In this document: in pieces, positions 19,301 to 28,300 of the stretch | Numbering within the stretch: the first letter of the stretch is position 1 | Layout of the letters: each line of letters begins with the position of its first letter | Origin: a virus | Lineage: Duplodnaviria; Caudoviricetes | Virus record (IMG/VR): IMGVR_UViG_3300044614_001923 | Length of the DNA stretch: 64,000 nt | Strand: one strand, 5' to 3' | Position numbers and translations under genes: made by a program | The notes under the pieces: model-generated | Database searches by the model: none | Told to the model about the DNA's origin: nothing | What the model saw: only the letters and a program-made list of their open reading frames with translations

Positions 19301-21211
19301 AAAACGATCATCAGTTACATCTCGCGTATAATATGTTAGTCCCCCAGTCAATCCTCCAATCGTTGTACCAGATCCCACTTCATAAACAACTTCAAGATTA
19401 TCACTTAAACCATGTCCTGCTATTAAAATAGTATTTTTAATTGGATTATCAACTATTTTTTGGAATGAATGGGCAGCTCCCACTGCACCGTATCCAGTAA
19501 TATCAATTCTACTACCAACTGTAGATGTTTTTAATCCAAATTGATTTGTATCTGCAACATCAATATAATACTGAGTATTGTTTGTTAGATTACTTATAGT
19601 TGTTCCTCCACCGTTATTATATGTCCATAGTTCATCAGTAATAAATCCATGATTAGCAATGTAAAAAGTATTTCTTGAACTATTTGCTATAAGAGGAACA
19701 AAAACATTTTCGGATACTGTAGATGTAGTTGCACTAAAGTTAATTCTGGTTCCACCGCCAGATGCTAATGATAAAGTACGTGAAGTTGTACCTGCTGCTT
19801 GGAAATAATAATAAGTTACAACAGTTGACTCATCATATAACTTTGCTGGATTTTGCGTAGTTACTAAAGTTTGCATGATATTGGTTCCAGAAGTAGGACC
19901 AACGCATAGCAAAGGTGTGTTTATATCAGTAACACTTGTATCCTCATTCCAGTTCACAGCATCTGATGTGGTATTAGTCATACTAAGGGCAGTATAACCT
20001 CTGTAGAATCCCAAAATTCCAGTTCCAGTAGCTGCAGTAATGCTGACTGCAGCACCTCCAGATGTATCTGATAATGAAAAACTATTCGTTGAGGCACTAA
20101 CAATATAATAACGGTTATTTGCCGTTAGTCCAGTTGGAGCAGTGCTATTGGGAGCTACAATAAAAAGAACAACTTGCCCATTAGTAAATCCATGAGAATT
20201 GATGTTGATTGCATTAGTAGCAACATCATCTCCACCTCTAGCAAACTTGGTGCTTAATGTACTGGTATAATCCCAAATATCTGTTTTGCGTATTCCCGTA
20301 CCATTGTTTGAATTATATTGATTTGGTTCAAATGTGTTAGTTGTGACAATTGTATCAGCAACTTCAACACTTGATGCGTTAAATTCAAGAGATTGGGTTC
20401 CTAGTGTATCAACGACATAAAATTCTGTCCCAGAAGTAAATCCATGAGGATAAGGAGTTGTAACTGCAATAGTTGAAGGTGTTGCACCATCAGTAGTTAC
20501 AATATCATATGCGATATCAGACCCAGTATAAAATTTTCCAGGAACTAAGTAAGTATATGCTCCACTAATTGTTCCCGTAGAATTTGCAGTGTTTCTTGCA
20601 GAAAATGTAAATATATCAGTACCAGAAACAGACTCAACAATATAACTACCATCTAAATTTGATTGGTTAAGTCCTCTGACATCAAAAGGAATTCCTACAA
20701 TAAGTCCATGATCTATACAAGTAACTGTTAGAATTTTACTTCCAGAAGTTGATTTTATATAAGTTAAGTTTAAAGCAATATCTCCAGTACTGGAATAAAA
20801 TCCAGGAATATTATTTACTAACTCTAGGGTTTCCCATTTTGTTGACTGAAGACCATATTCAAAGTCCGTATCAATAAGAGTTTGAGCTTCAGATATTCTA
20901 AATTTTGATACAGGGTCAGTATAAGTTGGAGATGGTCTAAATCTTACAGAGTCCTCTTCAATTAAGATTTGAAGGGAATCATTAGTGCTCATTGCCGAGC
21001 AATCAGCTGATAAAACAACAGTTGTTAATTCAGTATCATTATCAAAAGTTACAGATATTGCTGTCAAATTAGGATCAGCAAAATTATAAATTATCTTATT
21101 ACTTGTAACGTTAGTAATAAGAAGTAATCTTCTTCTATGAATATTTCCTTCAATCGAAACAGTATTTGTAGATGGTGTAAAAGTGTAACGATGTAAAAGT
21201 GCTTTTGCCAT
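16331..21211 (-). CDS. Large virion structural/tail fibre-like protein with repeated HG(L/F) beta modules (1626 aa)
   Basis: About 8 repeats such as INSHGFTNGQVVLF, IANHGFITDELWTY, IAGHGLSDNLEVVY, INNHGLSTGALVQY; T/S/G-rich. Confidence 0.6.
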   Translation of the reverse strand: MAKALLHRYTFTPSTNTVSIEGNIHRRRLLLITNVTSNKIIYNFADPNLTAISVTFDNDTELTTVVLSADCSAMSTNDSLQILIEEDSVRFRPSPTYTDPVSKFRISEAQTLIDTDFEYGLQSTKWETLELVNNIPGFYSSTGDIALNLTYIKSTSGSKILTVTCIDHGLIVGIPFDVRGLNQSNLDGSYIVESVSGTDIFTFSARNTANSTGTISGAYTYLVPGKFYTGSDIAYDIVTTDGATPSTIAVTTPYPHGFTSGTEFYVVDTLGTQSLEFNASSVEVADTIVTTNTFEPNQYNSNNGTGIRKTDIWDYTSTLSTKFARGGDDVATNAININSHGFTNGQVVLFIVAPNSTAPTGLTANNRYYIVSASTNSFSLSDTSGGAAVSITAATGTGILGFYRGYTALSMTNTTSDAVNWNEDTSVTDINTPLLCVGPTSGTNIMQTLVTTQNPAKLYDESTVVTYYYFQAAGTTSRTLSLASGGGTRINFSATTSTVSENVFVPLIANSSRNTFYIANHGFITDELWTYNNGGGTTISNLTNNTQYYIDVADTNQFGLKTSTVGSRIDITGYGAVGAAHSFQKIVDNPIKNTILIAGHGLSDNLEVVYEVGSGTTIGGLTGGLTYYTRDVTDDRFRLSETQGSAAINITSAGVGIQTFFTTTTGAFDGVYSVSSVGLGTTGFRFTNSNITVPKIEATFNPQSKLYVGGDNFIEIPSHRLSTGTQVLYNNGGGSNIGGLTSGSSYYVIRIAKDGLRLASSFANATAGVAITFSSTGSGTQHTLTSSNLNGENIGVGTIRITADSDLVEGFDTKFNRSFKSGDPIVVGVSSTTVFEGTVYGVLSDTKIQVNGTLPSTSVSNTYFLKPTSIYVKSNSFSVHRPFDGGVEINAGFNADSQIVRQTRRYFRYQSGKGLASQFAINFNPPLDISTISGISTTATAVTRYPHGLTTSQSITIRDAEVTNGPNPYNGQFIVKSVIDSNTFEYYMDTAPSQSIVGGFPQLVVQGWGGSKLRAGMYDFQNGMFYEYDGDQLYAVRRDSTGQLGGTISVTYNSNEIIGSGTRFLQQLEVGDRIVIRGQSYKIVNIPNNTTLYVQPAYRGTTNSNVITSKTVDTKTAQINWSIDPCDGTGETGYVLDVTRIQMAYMDYSWYGAGKIRFGFKDQEGEVIYVHQYKHNNKKNEAFMRSGNLPARYEILNVGTPVFAPSLAHWGTTVQMDGKFEDDDAYLFTASAPFLTFSGSTATGIGTAGNYTYVRADGTTSTGITTFTARNTSNVFFGPGNDYVTINNHGLSTGALVQYINTGGTVIGGLTSANYYYVVRRDGNTFRLATTLVNAQANAYIDFTSAGTGTHTFRSSFAYAITPTNVTGFGERYIHRFLTDASGFASIGNVSFGTEITSTAIAAKGTAYVYRIISAGGGQAYVDFFFSSAPSGPTASTNFIANQTASNISHTFGGVIPVPDVIPLISLRLAPSVDGGITGLLGERDIINRMQLALDSLGVLTTHDVEIRLILNGQVDSVTWQGQGIPSLSQVISHNSFDIVSGGTQVFSFRATGNPPDSTGRRTPNAFTADISSLLSLGNCILGGDGVYPNGPDVLTIAAAPLNTTGITVNTPMSISARLSWKESQA

Positions 21212-21251
21212 TTTTTAGATTTACCTCTATTTCTTAAAATCTACAAATTTA

Positions 21252-21440
21252 TCAACCACCCAAACCAATTGATAAAGCAACAGCAAATGACTCAGTTGCT
21301 AATGACGTTCCAGATACGGTGGTTCCATCATGAGTCACTACAGTTTTCTTATCAGTATCATAAGTTATTTCACCTTCAGCACCAGTGAAAGAAGCATGTT
21401 GTGTACTAGATCCTCTTCTTATCTGTACTTGCTTAGTCAT
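21252..21440 (-). CDS. Minimal Mtd-N-like domain protein (62 aa)
   Basis: MTKQVQIRRGSSTQHASFTGAEGEITYDTDKKTVVTHDG matches the N-termini of the two fibre genes upstream. Confidence 0.6.
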   Translation of the reverse strand: MTKQVQIRRGSSTQHASFTGAEGEITYDTDKKTVVTHDGTTVSGTSLATESFAVALSIGLGG

Positions 21441-21500
21441 TATACTTTGGGACTACTAAAACTTATTTAGGCTTTGAATCAATAGCAATTAGTCTTGATT

Positions 21501-23264
21501 TTATCCAAAGTTTCCAATTGTTGTACCAGTACCAACGCATGTAACCTTCATATAAGAGTTTGATAATGCTGTTATTGTTGCAGTTGAACTAAAAGCAAGT
21601 AAATCTAATCTTGAGTTTGATGCTGGTTGAACTAAACCTTTAATTGTGATTCCGTGAGATGTGCCAGCAGTAAGAGATGCTGAAGTAAATATAGTTACTG
21701 GACTTACTGTTCCACCAACAACAATTGCGTTTGAAGCAGTATTGGCCTGCAACGTAGCAAACGTAAAGTTACCTGTTGACAATGATGCTTGAACCGTAAC
21801 TGTGCCAGCGTTCGTAACTTTTGTAACAAAAACAACTGCTTCTATTTCATAGATGTACCCGCCCAGTAAAGCGGGTCTATTTGTTGCACCAAAAAATGAT
21901 GTTCCAGGACTTGTCGTGTCATTAATTGATAAATTATCTGGTCTGCGAATAAACTGAATCTCAGGAACTAATGCTCTTCGGTTAGCATTTGTCGTATCAT
22001 CATTTGTATGATATAACAGAACTCTATCATATTCAAAAGCACCAGATTCTGGCGTAGTAAGTAGAGTTGTAGATGCAACTGATATTTTTAATGGAGCTGA
22101 GGATGCTGCAGCAGATCCCGTTCCTTCAATATGCAATTCTGCAGTTGGATTTGTAACACTAATTCCAATATTACCACCTAAAGGTTGTAAAACTATGTTA
22201 TATGTTGCTGTTGATGGAACCGTAAATCCAGATTGTATCCACTGTGCAAAATTATTACTAGAACCATATTGACCTATTGAAAGATAATTTCCACCTTGTC
22301 CCGATAAAATAGTATGGGCATTTACGGTAATATCACTGATTGATGGATTTCCTTGTGCAACTGAATTTCCTAACCTTACCACTCCAGTTACGTCAAGTTT
22401 ATATGATGGATTAGTGACACCAACTCCAAGATTACCAGAAACATAAGCACCACCAGTAACTTGAAGTGGTTGTGATACGGTTCCAGTTAAAACGTCAGAT
22501 CCAATTCCAACTTCACCTGTTGAATGGACTACAACTCTATTGGTTAGATTTGTAGATGTAGCAATACCTTCAAAAGTTCCAGAAGTTGCTGCTGTATAAG
22601 TATCAATTCTAACTTGACCACCAGCAAGTCTTATTCTATCCCACCCATTGGAAGCATCTGCATCATTTCCTTTAAATAGAAGAAGTTCCGATCTTTCTGT
22701 TCCAGTGGTCCAAACTCTTTCACCAATATAGGTGTGATTATAAGAACCAGGACCATCACCAGTTGTTCCATAAAATGCAATATAATTTGAAGTTGTTGAA
22801 ACTCCAAGTCTCAAGTTACCATCAACTTGAAGTCTTTCTCCAGGATTTGTGGATCCTATTCCAAGATTACCAGAAACATAAGCACCACCAGTAACTTGAA
22901 GTGGTTGTGATACGGTTCCAGTTGAAGTTCCAGAACCAATAAAAACTGGTCCATTTGTAAATGTAGAGATTCCAGTTACATTAATTAATGCAAATGTAGA
23001 GACTCCAGTTACATTAATTCTTGATACGTTCGGTAACGTTGTAACACCACTAACTATTAAAGTCGTTGCTTCAATATCTTTATTTGTAATTCTTTGAGTT
23101 GCTGCAACTCCCACAAGTTCATGACCACCTTTAGTGGATCCATCATGAACTCTTAGAGTTTTATTTGTAGTGTCTACAGTTACTTCTGCTAAAGCGCCAG
23201 TAAATCCAACACCAGAAGTATGATCAGAGGTAGATCCTCTTCTAAATTGTACTTCTTTGACCAT
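21501..23264 (-). CDS. Tail fibre/receptor-binding protein with Mtd-N-like head
   Basis: VQFRRGST..H...FTGALAEVTVDT...VHDG N-terminus; GN(L/V)GIG.TNP fibre repeats. Confidence 0.65.
   Translation of the reverse strand: MVKEVQFRRGSTSDHTSGVGFTGALAEVTVDTTNKTLRVHDGSTKGGHELVGVAATQRITNKDIEATTLIVSGVTTLPNVSRINVTGVSTFALINVTGISTFTNGPVFIGSGTSTGTVSQPLQVTGGAYVSGNLGIGSTNPGERLQVDGNLRLGVSTTSNYIAFYGTTGDGPGSYNHTYIGERVWTTGTERSELLLFKGNDADASNGWDRIRLAGGQVRIDTYTAATSGTFEGIATSTNLTNRVVVHSTGEVGIGSDVLTGTVSQPLQVTGGAYVSGNLGVGVTNPSYKLDVTGVVRLGNSVAQGNPSISDITVNAHTILSGQGGNYLSIGQYGSSNNFAQWIQSGFTVPSTATYNIVLQPLGGNIGISVTNPTAELHIEGTGSAAASSAPLKISVASTTLLTTPESGAFEYDRVLLYHTNDDTTNANRRALVPEIQFIRRPDNLSINDTTSPGTSFFGATNRPALLGGYIYEIEAVVFVTKVTNAGTVTVQASLSTGNFTFATLQANTASNAIVVGGTVSPVTIFTSASLTAGTSHGITIKGLVQPASNSRLDLLAFSSTATITALSNSYMKVTCVGTGTTIGNFG
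22425..22923. repeat. 64-bp exact direct repeat (22425-22488 and 22860-22923) inside the fibre gene
   Basis: Both copies encode TGTVSQPLQVTGGAYVSGNLG. Confidence 0.85.
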
Positions 23265-23345
23265 TTATATTCTCCAATTCATTATATTCAATAGACCTTG
23301 TTAAAATTTTTATCTATCAAAATATACTTTAAGTTATTTATTTTA

Positions 23346-24191
23346 CTATACATCTGCAGTATTGGTTGAAGGATACAATCTACTTGGTCCCCATATAATT
23401 CTCACTGCTCCCTGAGCTCCAGCACCTGCCGTAGAAGCATCAGATCCACCGCCACCACCACCATAAGCGCCGCCATTAGATAAAGTTGGTTTTGTACCGC
23501 CAGATCCAGCGTTACCACCCTCTGTTGATGTTGCGGTTGCTGCGCCACTGGTTCCTTCTCCAAGAATTCCTACGCCGCCACCACCGTAACCCTGCGCTGT
23601 ACCGCCACCGCCGCCGCCACCTGCTGCTCCTCCCGTTCCAGCGCCGCCCTGAGCATTGTTTGTTGCTCCATTTCCACCATTTCCAGAATATCCTCCAGCG
23701 CCTCCACCTGCACCATTATATGAAGTACTGTTGTTACCACCAGTTCCACCATCACCACCACCGACTGTTCCACTTACTGGCCCAGCGCCAACCGTTGTTC
23801 CAGTTCCTCCAGCTCCACCAGTCGTCTGAGTACCGCCGCCGCCACCATTTGCCTGAACTAAAACAGTACCAGATCTTAAAATATTAGAAAGGACGCCTGC
23901 GATACCACTAGCAGTTCCAGCAGCTGCAGTACCACCAGATCCAACATTTATAGTTAAAGTTTCGCCAGGTGTAACTGCAAGGTTCACAATATAACGTAAA
24001 CCGCCGCCGCCACCACCAGCTACCTCAGTACCAGATGTTGCGTTTCTAGCTCCTCCTCCTCCACCGCCAACACAAACTGCAGATATTACAAATACATCTT
24101 GAGGAACAACAAAACTAGTTTGTCCAGGAGTAGTAAATAACTGCTGTCCAGCAGGCATTCTTTGATGAAAAAATGATTGTTGTATTGTCAT
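23346..24191 (-). CDS. Glycine-rich virion/fibre-associated protein
   Basis: FTTPGQTSFVVP..V..ISAVCVGGGGGG...L.VTPGETLTI.VG.GG...GA.GAVRIIWG. Confidence 0.65.
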   Translation of the reverse strand: MTIQQSFFHQRMPAGQQLFTTPGQTSFVVPQDVFVISAVCVGGGGGGARNATSGTEVAGGGGGGLRYIVNLAVTPGETLTINVGSGGTAAAGTASGIAGVLSNILRSGTVLVQANGGGGGTQTTGGAGGTGTTVGAGPVSGTVGGGDGGTGGNNSTSYNGAGGGAGGYSGNGGNGATNNAQGGAGTGGAAGGGGGGGTAQGYGGGGVGILGEGTSGAATATSTEGGNAGSGGTKPTLSNGGAYGGGGGGSDASTAGAGAQGAVRIIWGPSRLYPSTNTADV

Positions 24192-24192
24192 A

Positions 24193-25275
24193 TTAAGTTA
24201 AACCAGCTCCAGAAATTATAAATACGGGATTGGCACCTCCAGTGACACAAAGAAGTGTGCAGATACCATATTGAGCAAGCGTTCTAGTGCCCGTAGTTGC
24301 TGTAGCAGCAAGTCTTAAAGTTACGTTTGTACCTTGAGTTATTGTTTGAGATGATCCAGAGTCGTTATATACAGTTACAACATCTCCAACAGAAAAAATA
24401 CTAGCATTAACTGTAACTCCTCCAGTTGTTATATCAATATGTTTTCCAGCATCTGATGCTGCCAGTATATAAGCACCTGTTTGAGCATTTTGAGGAATTG
24501 CTCTTACATCACCCTTACTATCATTAACAGTTGATGAAGTAGTAACTCCAACAACGGTTAGATTTCTTGCAGTAGAGAATCCAGTAACAGCTAGAGTAGT
24601 AGTAGTAACAATACCTGTAGCGGATATACCACCAGTAAAGTTTCCATTACCAGCGACGTCGAGTTTTGATATCGGATTTGTTGTTCCTACACCAACATTA
24701 CCTCCCAAATATTTTAATGTTAAAACATCTAGTGTAGCGCCATCATTTCTAGATCTATAAAATAGATCACTAGATCCTGTAGATACTGATCCGAAAGCCC
24801 AATCAAATAGTCCATTTGTTTGAAAGTCGAATGCATTTGTTCCTGAAGCATCAGGTCTATTTACACGAACTCTTGCTGTTTGTCCCGATACTTGAATATG
24901 ATTAGTAGCACCATTAATGCTTAAGAGATGATCTGGATTTGTGGTTCCTATGCCAAGATTACCACTTATATAACCACCACCAACAACTTGAAAATCTTGA
25001 TCTGCAGTACCTGTTGAAGTTCCAGTACCAATTAAAACTGGACCAGTAGTAAAAGTTGATACGCCACTAACGGTTACATTTGTCGCAGAAATTAAAGTTT
25101 TATTTGTAATTGCCTGCGTTGCTGCAATACCTACAAGTTCTTTTCCGCCAACAGTTGTTCCATCATGAACCACTGCAATATCTTTATCAGTATTAATCGT
25201 TATTTCCCCTTCGGCACCTGTAAAAGCGGCATGTTCTGCAGTAGTACCTCTCCTAAATTTTACACCCTTTACCAT
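24193..25275 (-). CDS. Tail fibre protein with Mtd-N-like head
   Basis: VKFRRGTTAEHAAFTGAEGEITINTDKD..VHDG; GNVGVGTTNP repeats; C-terminal IPQNAQTGAYILAASDAGKHI module. Confidence 0.65.
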   Translation of the reverse strand: MVKGVKFRRGTTAEHAAFTGAEGEITINTDKDIAVVHDGTTVGGKELVGIAATQAITNKTLISATNVTVSGVSTFTTGPVLIGTGTSTGTADQDFQVVGGGYISGNLGIGTTNPDHLLSINGATNHIQVSGQTARVRVNRPDASGTNAFDFQTNGLFDWAFGSVSTGSSDLFYRSRNDGATLDVLTLKYLGGNVGVGTTNPISKLDVAGNGNFTGGISATGIVTTTTLAVTGFSTARNLTVVGVTTSSTVNDSKGDVRAIPQNAQTGAYILAASDAGKHIDITTGGVTVNASIFSVGDVVTVYNDSGSSQTITQGTNVTLRLAATATTGTRTLAQYGICTLLCVTGGANPVFIISGAGLT

Positions 25276-25319
25276 TAATCCAGTACCAGATTACTTTTAG
25301 TTATTTATTATATGATTTA

Positions 25320-28300
25320 TTATATGATAGTTACAAAGACGTATGGTTGCCTATAAACAATGTATGTACCAACTCCAACTCCATTTATTTCAATTAATCC
25401 ACCACCAATCTCAGTTGTAGGAGTATAAGATTCTCGTCCATTACCAACGATTGCAATTGTACCAGTTGCTTTATAGTTTGGTCTAAACTTATCAATAGCA
25501 GTTTCATTAATTGAAACTATTCCAGATCCAGTTATATTTGGAACATAGACTTGTATGTTCTGAGTTATTCCTCCAGAGAATAAAATAGATCCAGACCCAA
25601 TTTCTCTAAAGGTATTCTTCTCTACCTTAGATCCAGAGAACTCAAAGAGAACTGTATTTTCTGGTGGATTTGCACCAAAGACCTCGGCAGATCCTCCAAT
25701 TGCAGAGAATGATCCAGAACCAATTTCTGTAGCTGGAGTAAAGGATTGTGTAGAAGATCCAGAGAATGTGGCTGATCCAGATCCACTATAAATGAATACT
25801 GGTCTATTAAGAGAATCTCCGTTGACCTGGACAGATCCAGATCCAATTTCCCTAAAGGTACTCTTCTCTACCTTAGTACCAGAAACCTCAAAGAGAACTG
25901 TATTTTCTGGTGGATTTGCACCTATGGATTCTACAGAACCAACAATTGCAGAGAATGATCCAGAACCAAGTTCTCTAAAGGTATTCTTCTCTACCTTAGT
26001 ACCAGATACTTGGAATAGAACTGTAGAATCTGGAGGATTGATCAGTGTAGATTCTGCTGCTCCAGTAATTGCAGAAAGTGTTCCAGATCCTTTATATGAA
26101 GGTAATGATTTTTGGATTGCATTACCTGTTACTGATAATGTGCCAGTTCCTTGATGAGCATAAGTTGCCTTCAGATTACTATAAGATCCACTAATTTCAA
26201 AGAGAACTGTAGAATCTGGTGGATTGACTAAGGTAGACTCTGCAGATCCAGAGAACGCAGAGAATGATCCAGAACCAATTTCTGTTGTAGGAATGAACGA
26301 TTGTGGAGCAGATCCAGAGAATGTGGCCGATCCCTCTCCAACATGTATCGCTAGTGCTTCAAGAGCAATTATTGCCTCTCCAGAGAACTCAGCGGATCCA
26401 GAACCAATTTCGCTAAATGTATTCTTCTCTACCTTAGATCCAGAGAACTCAAAGAGAACTGTGGAATCTGGAGGATTAACACCTGTTGCTTCCGCTGATC
26501 CAGAGAACGCAGAGAATGATCCAGAACCAATTTCTGCTGTAGGAATAAATGCCTGAGGAGCAGATCCAGAGAATGTGGATGATCCTCTGCCAGCAAATCC
26601 AGGATTCTTTCTTGCCGTTCCTTCTCCAGAGAACTCAGCAGATCCAGAACCAATTTCGCTAAATGTATTCTTCTCTACCTTAGATCCAGAGAACTCAAAG
26701 AGAACTGTGGAATCTGGAGGATTAACACCTGTTGCTTCCGCTGATCCTCCAATTGTAGAGAATGATCCAGAACCAATTTCTGTAGCTGGAGTAAAGGATT
26801 GTGTAGAAGATCCAGAGAATGTGGATGATCCAGATCCAATTTCAACAAATCTATTCTGAAGATTTGTAGCACTTCCAGAAATTGTAACAAATCCAGTACC
26901 AATTTCTCTAAAGGTATTCTTCTCTACCTTAGTACCAGAAACATTAAAGAGAAGTGTAGAGTCTGGTGGATTAACCAGTGCAGATTCTGCTGCACCTGTA
27001 ATTGCAGAGAGAGTACCAGAACCAAGTTCTCTAAAGGAATTCTTCTCTACCTTAGTACCAGAGAACTCAGCGGATCCAGAACCAACCCATTCTGGAGTAC
27101 TCAGAATAATTGTAGTACCACTAAATGTAGCAGATCCAGAACCAATTTCTCTAAAGGTATTCTTTTCTACCTTAGTACCAGAAACATTAAAGAGAACTGT
27201 AGAATCTGGTGGATTGACACCTATTGCTTCCGCTGATCCAGAGAACGCAGAGAATGATCCAGAACCAATTTCTGTAGCTGGAGTAAAGGATTGTGGAGCA
27301 GATCCAGAGAATGTGACTGATCCAGATCCAGTTATGTATGGAACATATACTTGAACATCCTGAGTAATAGATCCAGATACCTGGATAGTTCCATAAGGAT
27401 ATGTTGTCTCATTAAATGGAGAGCTTAAAGTTCCATAATCTTCATAACCGACTTGATCACTGAGTAATCCATAATCATCGTAATCTTGTACAACGCTTAT
27501 AATGCCATGATCATCATATCCATCAAATATAAATATCGCTCTCTCATTATAAGAATAAGTGTTCTTCTCTACCTTAGTACCAGAGAACTCAAAGAGAACT
27601 GTAGAATCTGGTGGATTGACTAATCTAGATTCTGCTGATCCACTAATTGCAGAGAAAGATCCAGATCCAATTTCAGTAGATGGTATGAATGATTGTGAAG
27701 CAGATCCAGAGAAGGTAAGGACAACTGTAGAATCTGGTGGGTTGACTCCTGTTTCTTCAGCAGCACCTGTGATTGCAGAGAAAGATCCAGAACCAATTTC
27801 CCTTAAGGAACTCTTCTCTACCTTAGTTCCAGAGAAGGTAAGGACAACTGTAGAATCTGGAGGATTGACGCCAACAACCTCAGCAGCACCTGTAATTGCA
27901 GAGAATAATCCAGATCCAAGTTCCCTAAAGGTATTTTTCTCTACCTTAGTTCCAGAGAAATCTCCAGATCCCTCTGCTTTATGAACATAAAGTAATTTTG
28001 GTTCATATAATGCAGATCCAGATATTTCAACAGTACCAAAAGGATATGCATCTGCAGTATTAAAAATATAACGATAATCTTCAACTCCTGTTGTCAATTC
28101 AGAATCAATAATAAATCCATAATCAACAAATACTGTCGCAGTAGATCCTATACTTCCATAGTCATCTGGAGTTTGTGCAAGTATTATTGATCTCTCATTA
28201 TAAGAATAGGTATTCTTCTCTACTTTAGTACCAGAGAACTCAAAGAGAACTGTAGAATCTGGAGGATTGACGCCAGCAACCTCAGCAGCACCTGTGATTG

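Noticed and set aside
21252-25275. Diversity-generating retroelement suggested by Mtd-like N-termini and the 64-bp repeat
   Set aside because: No reverse transcriptase or Avd gene, and the repeat copies are identical rather than differing at adenines.
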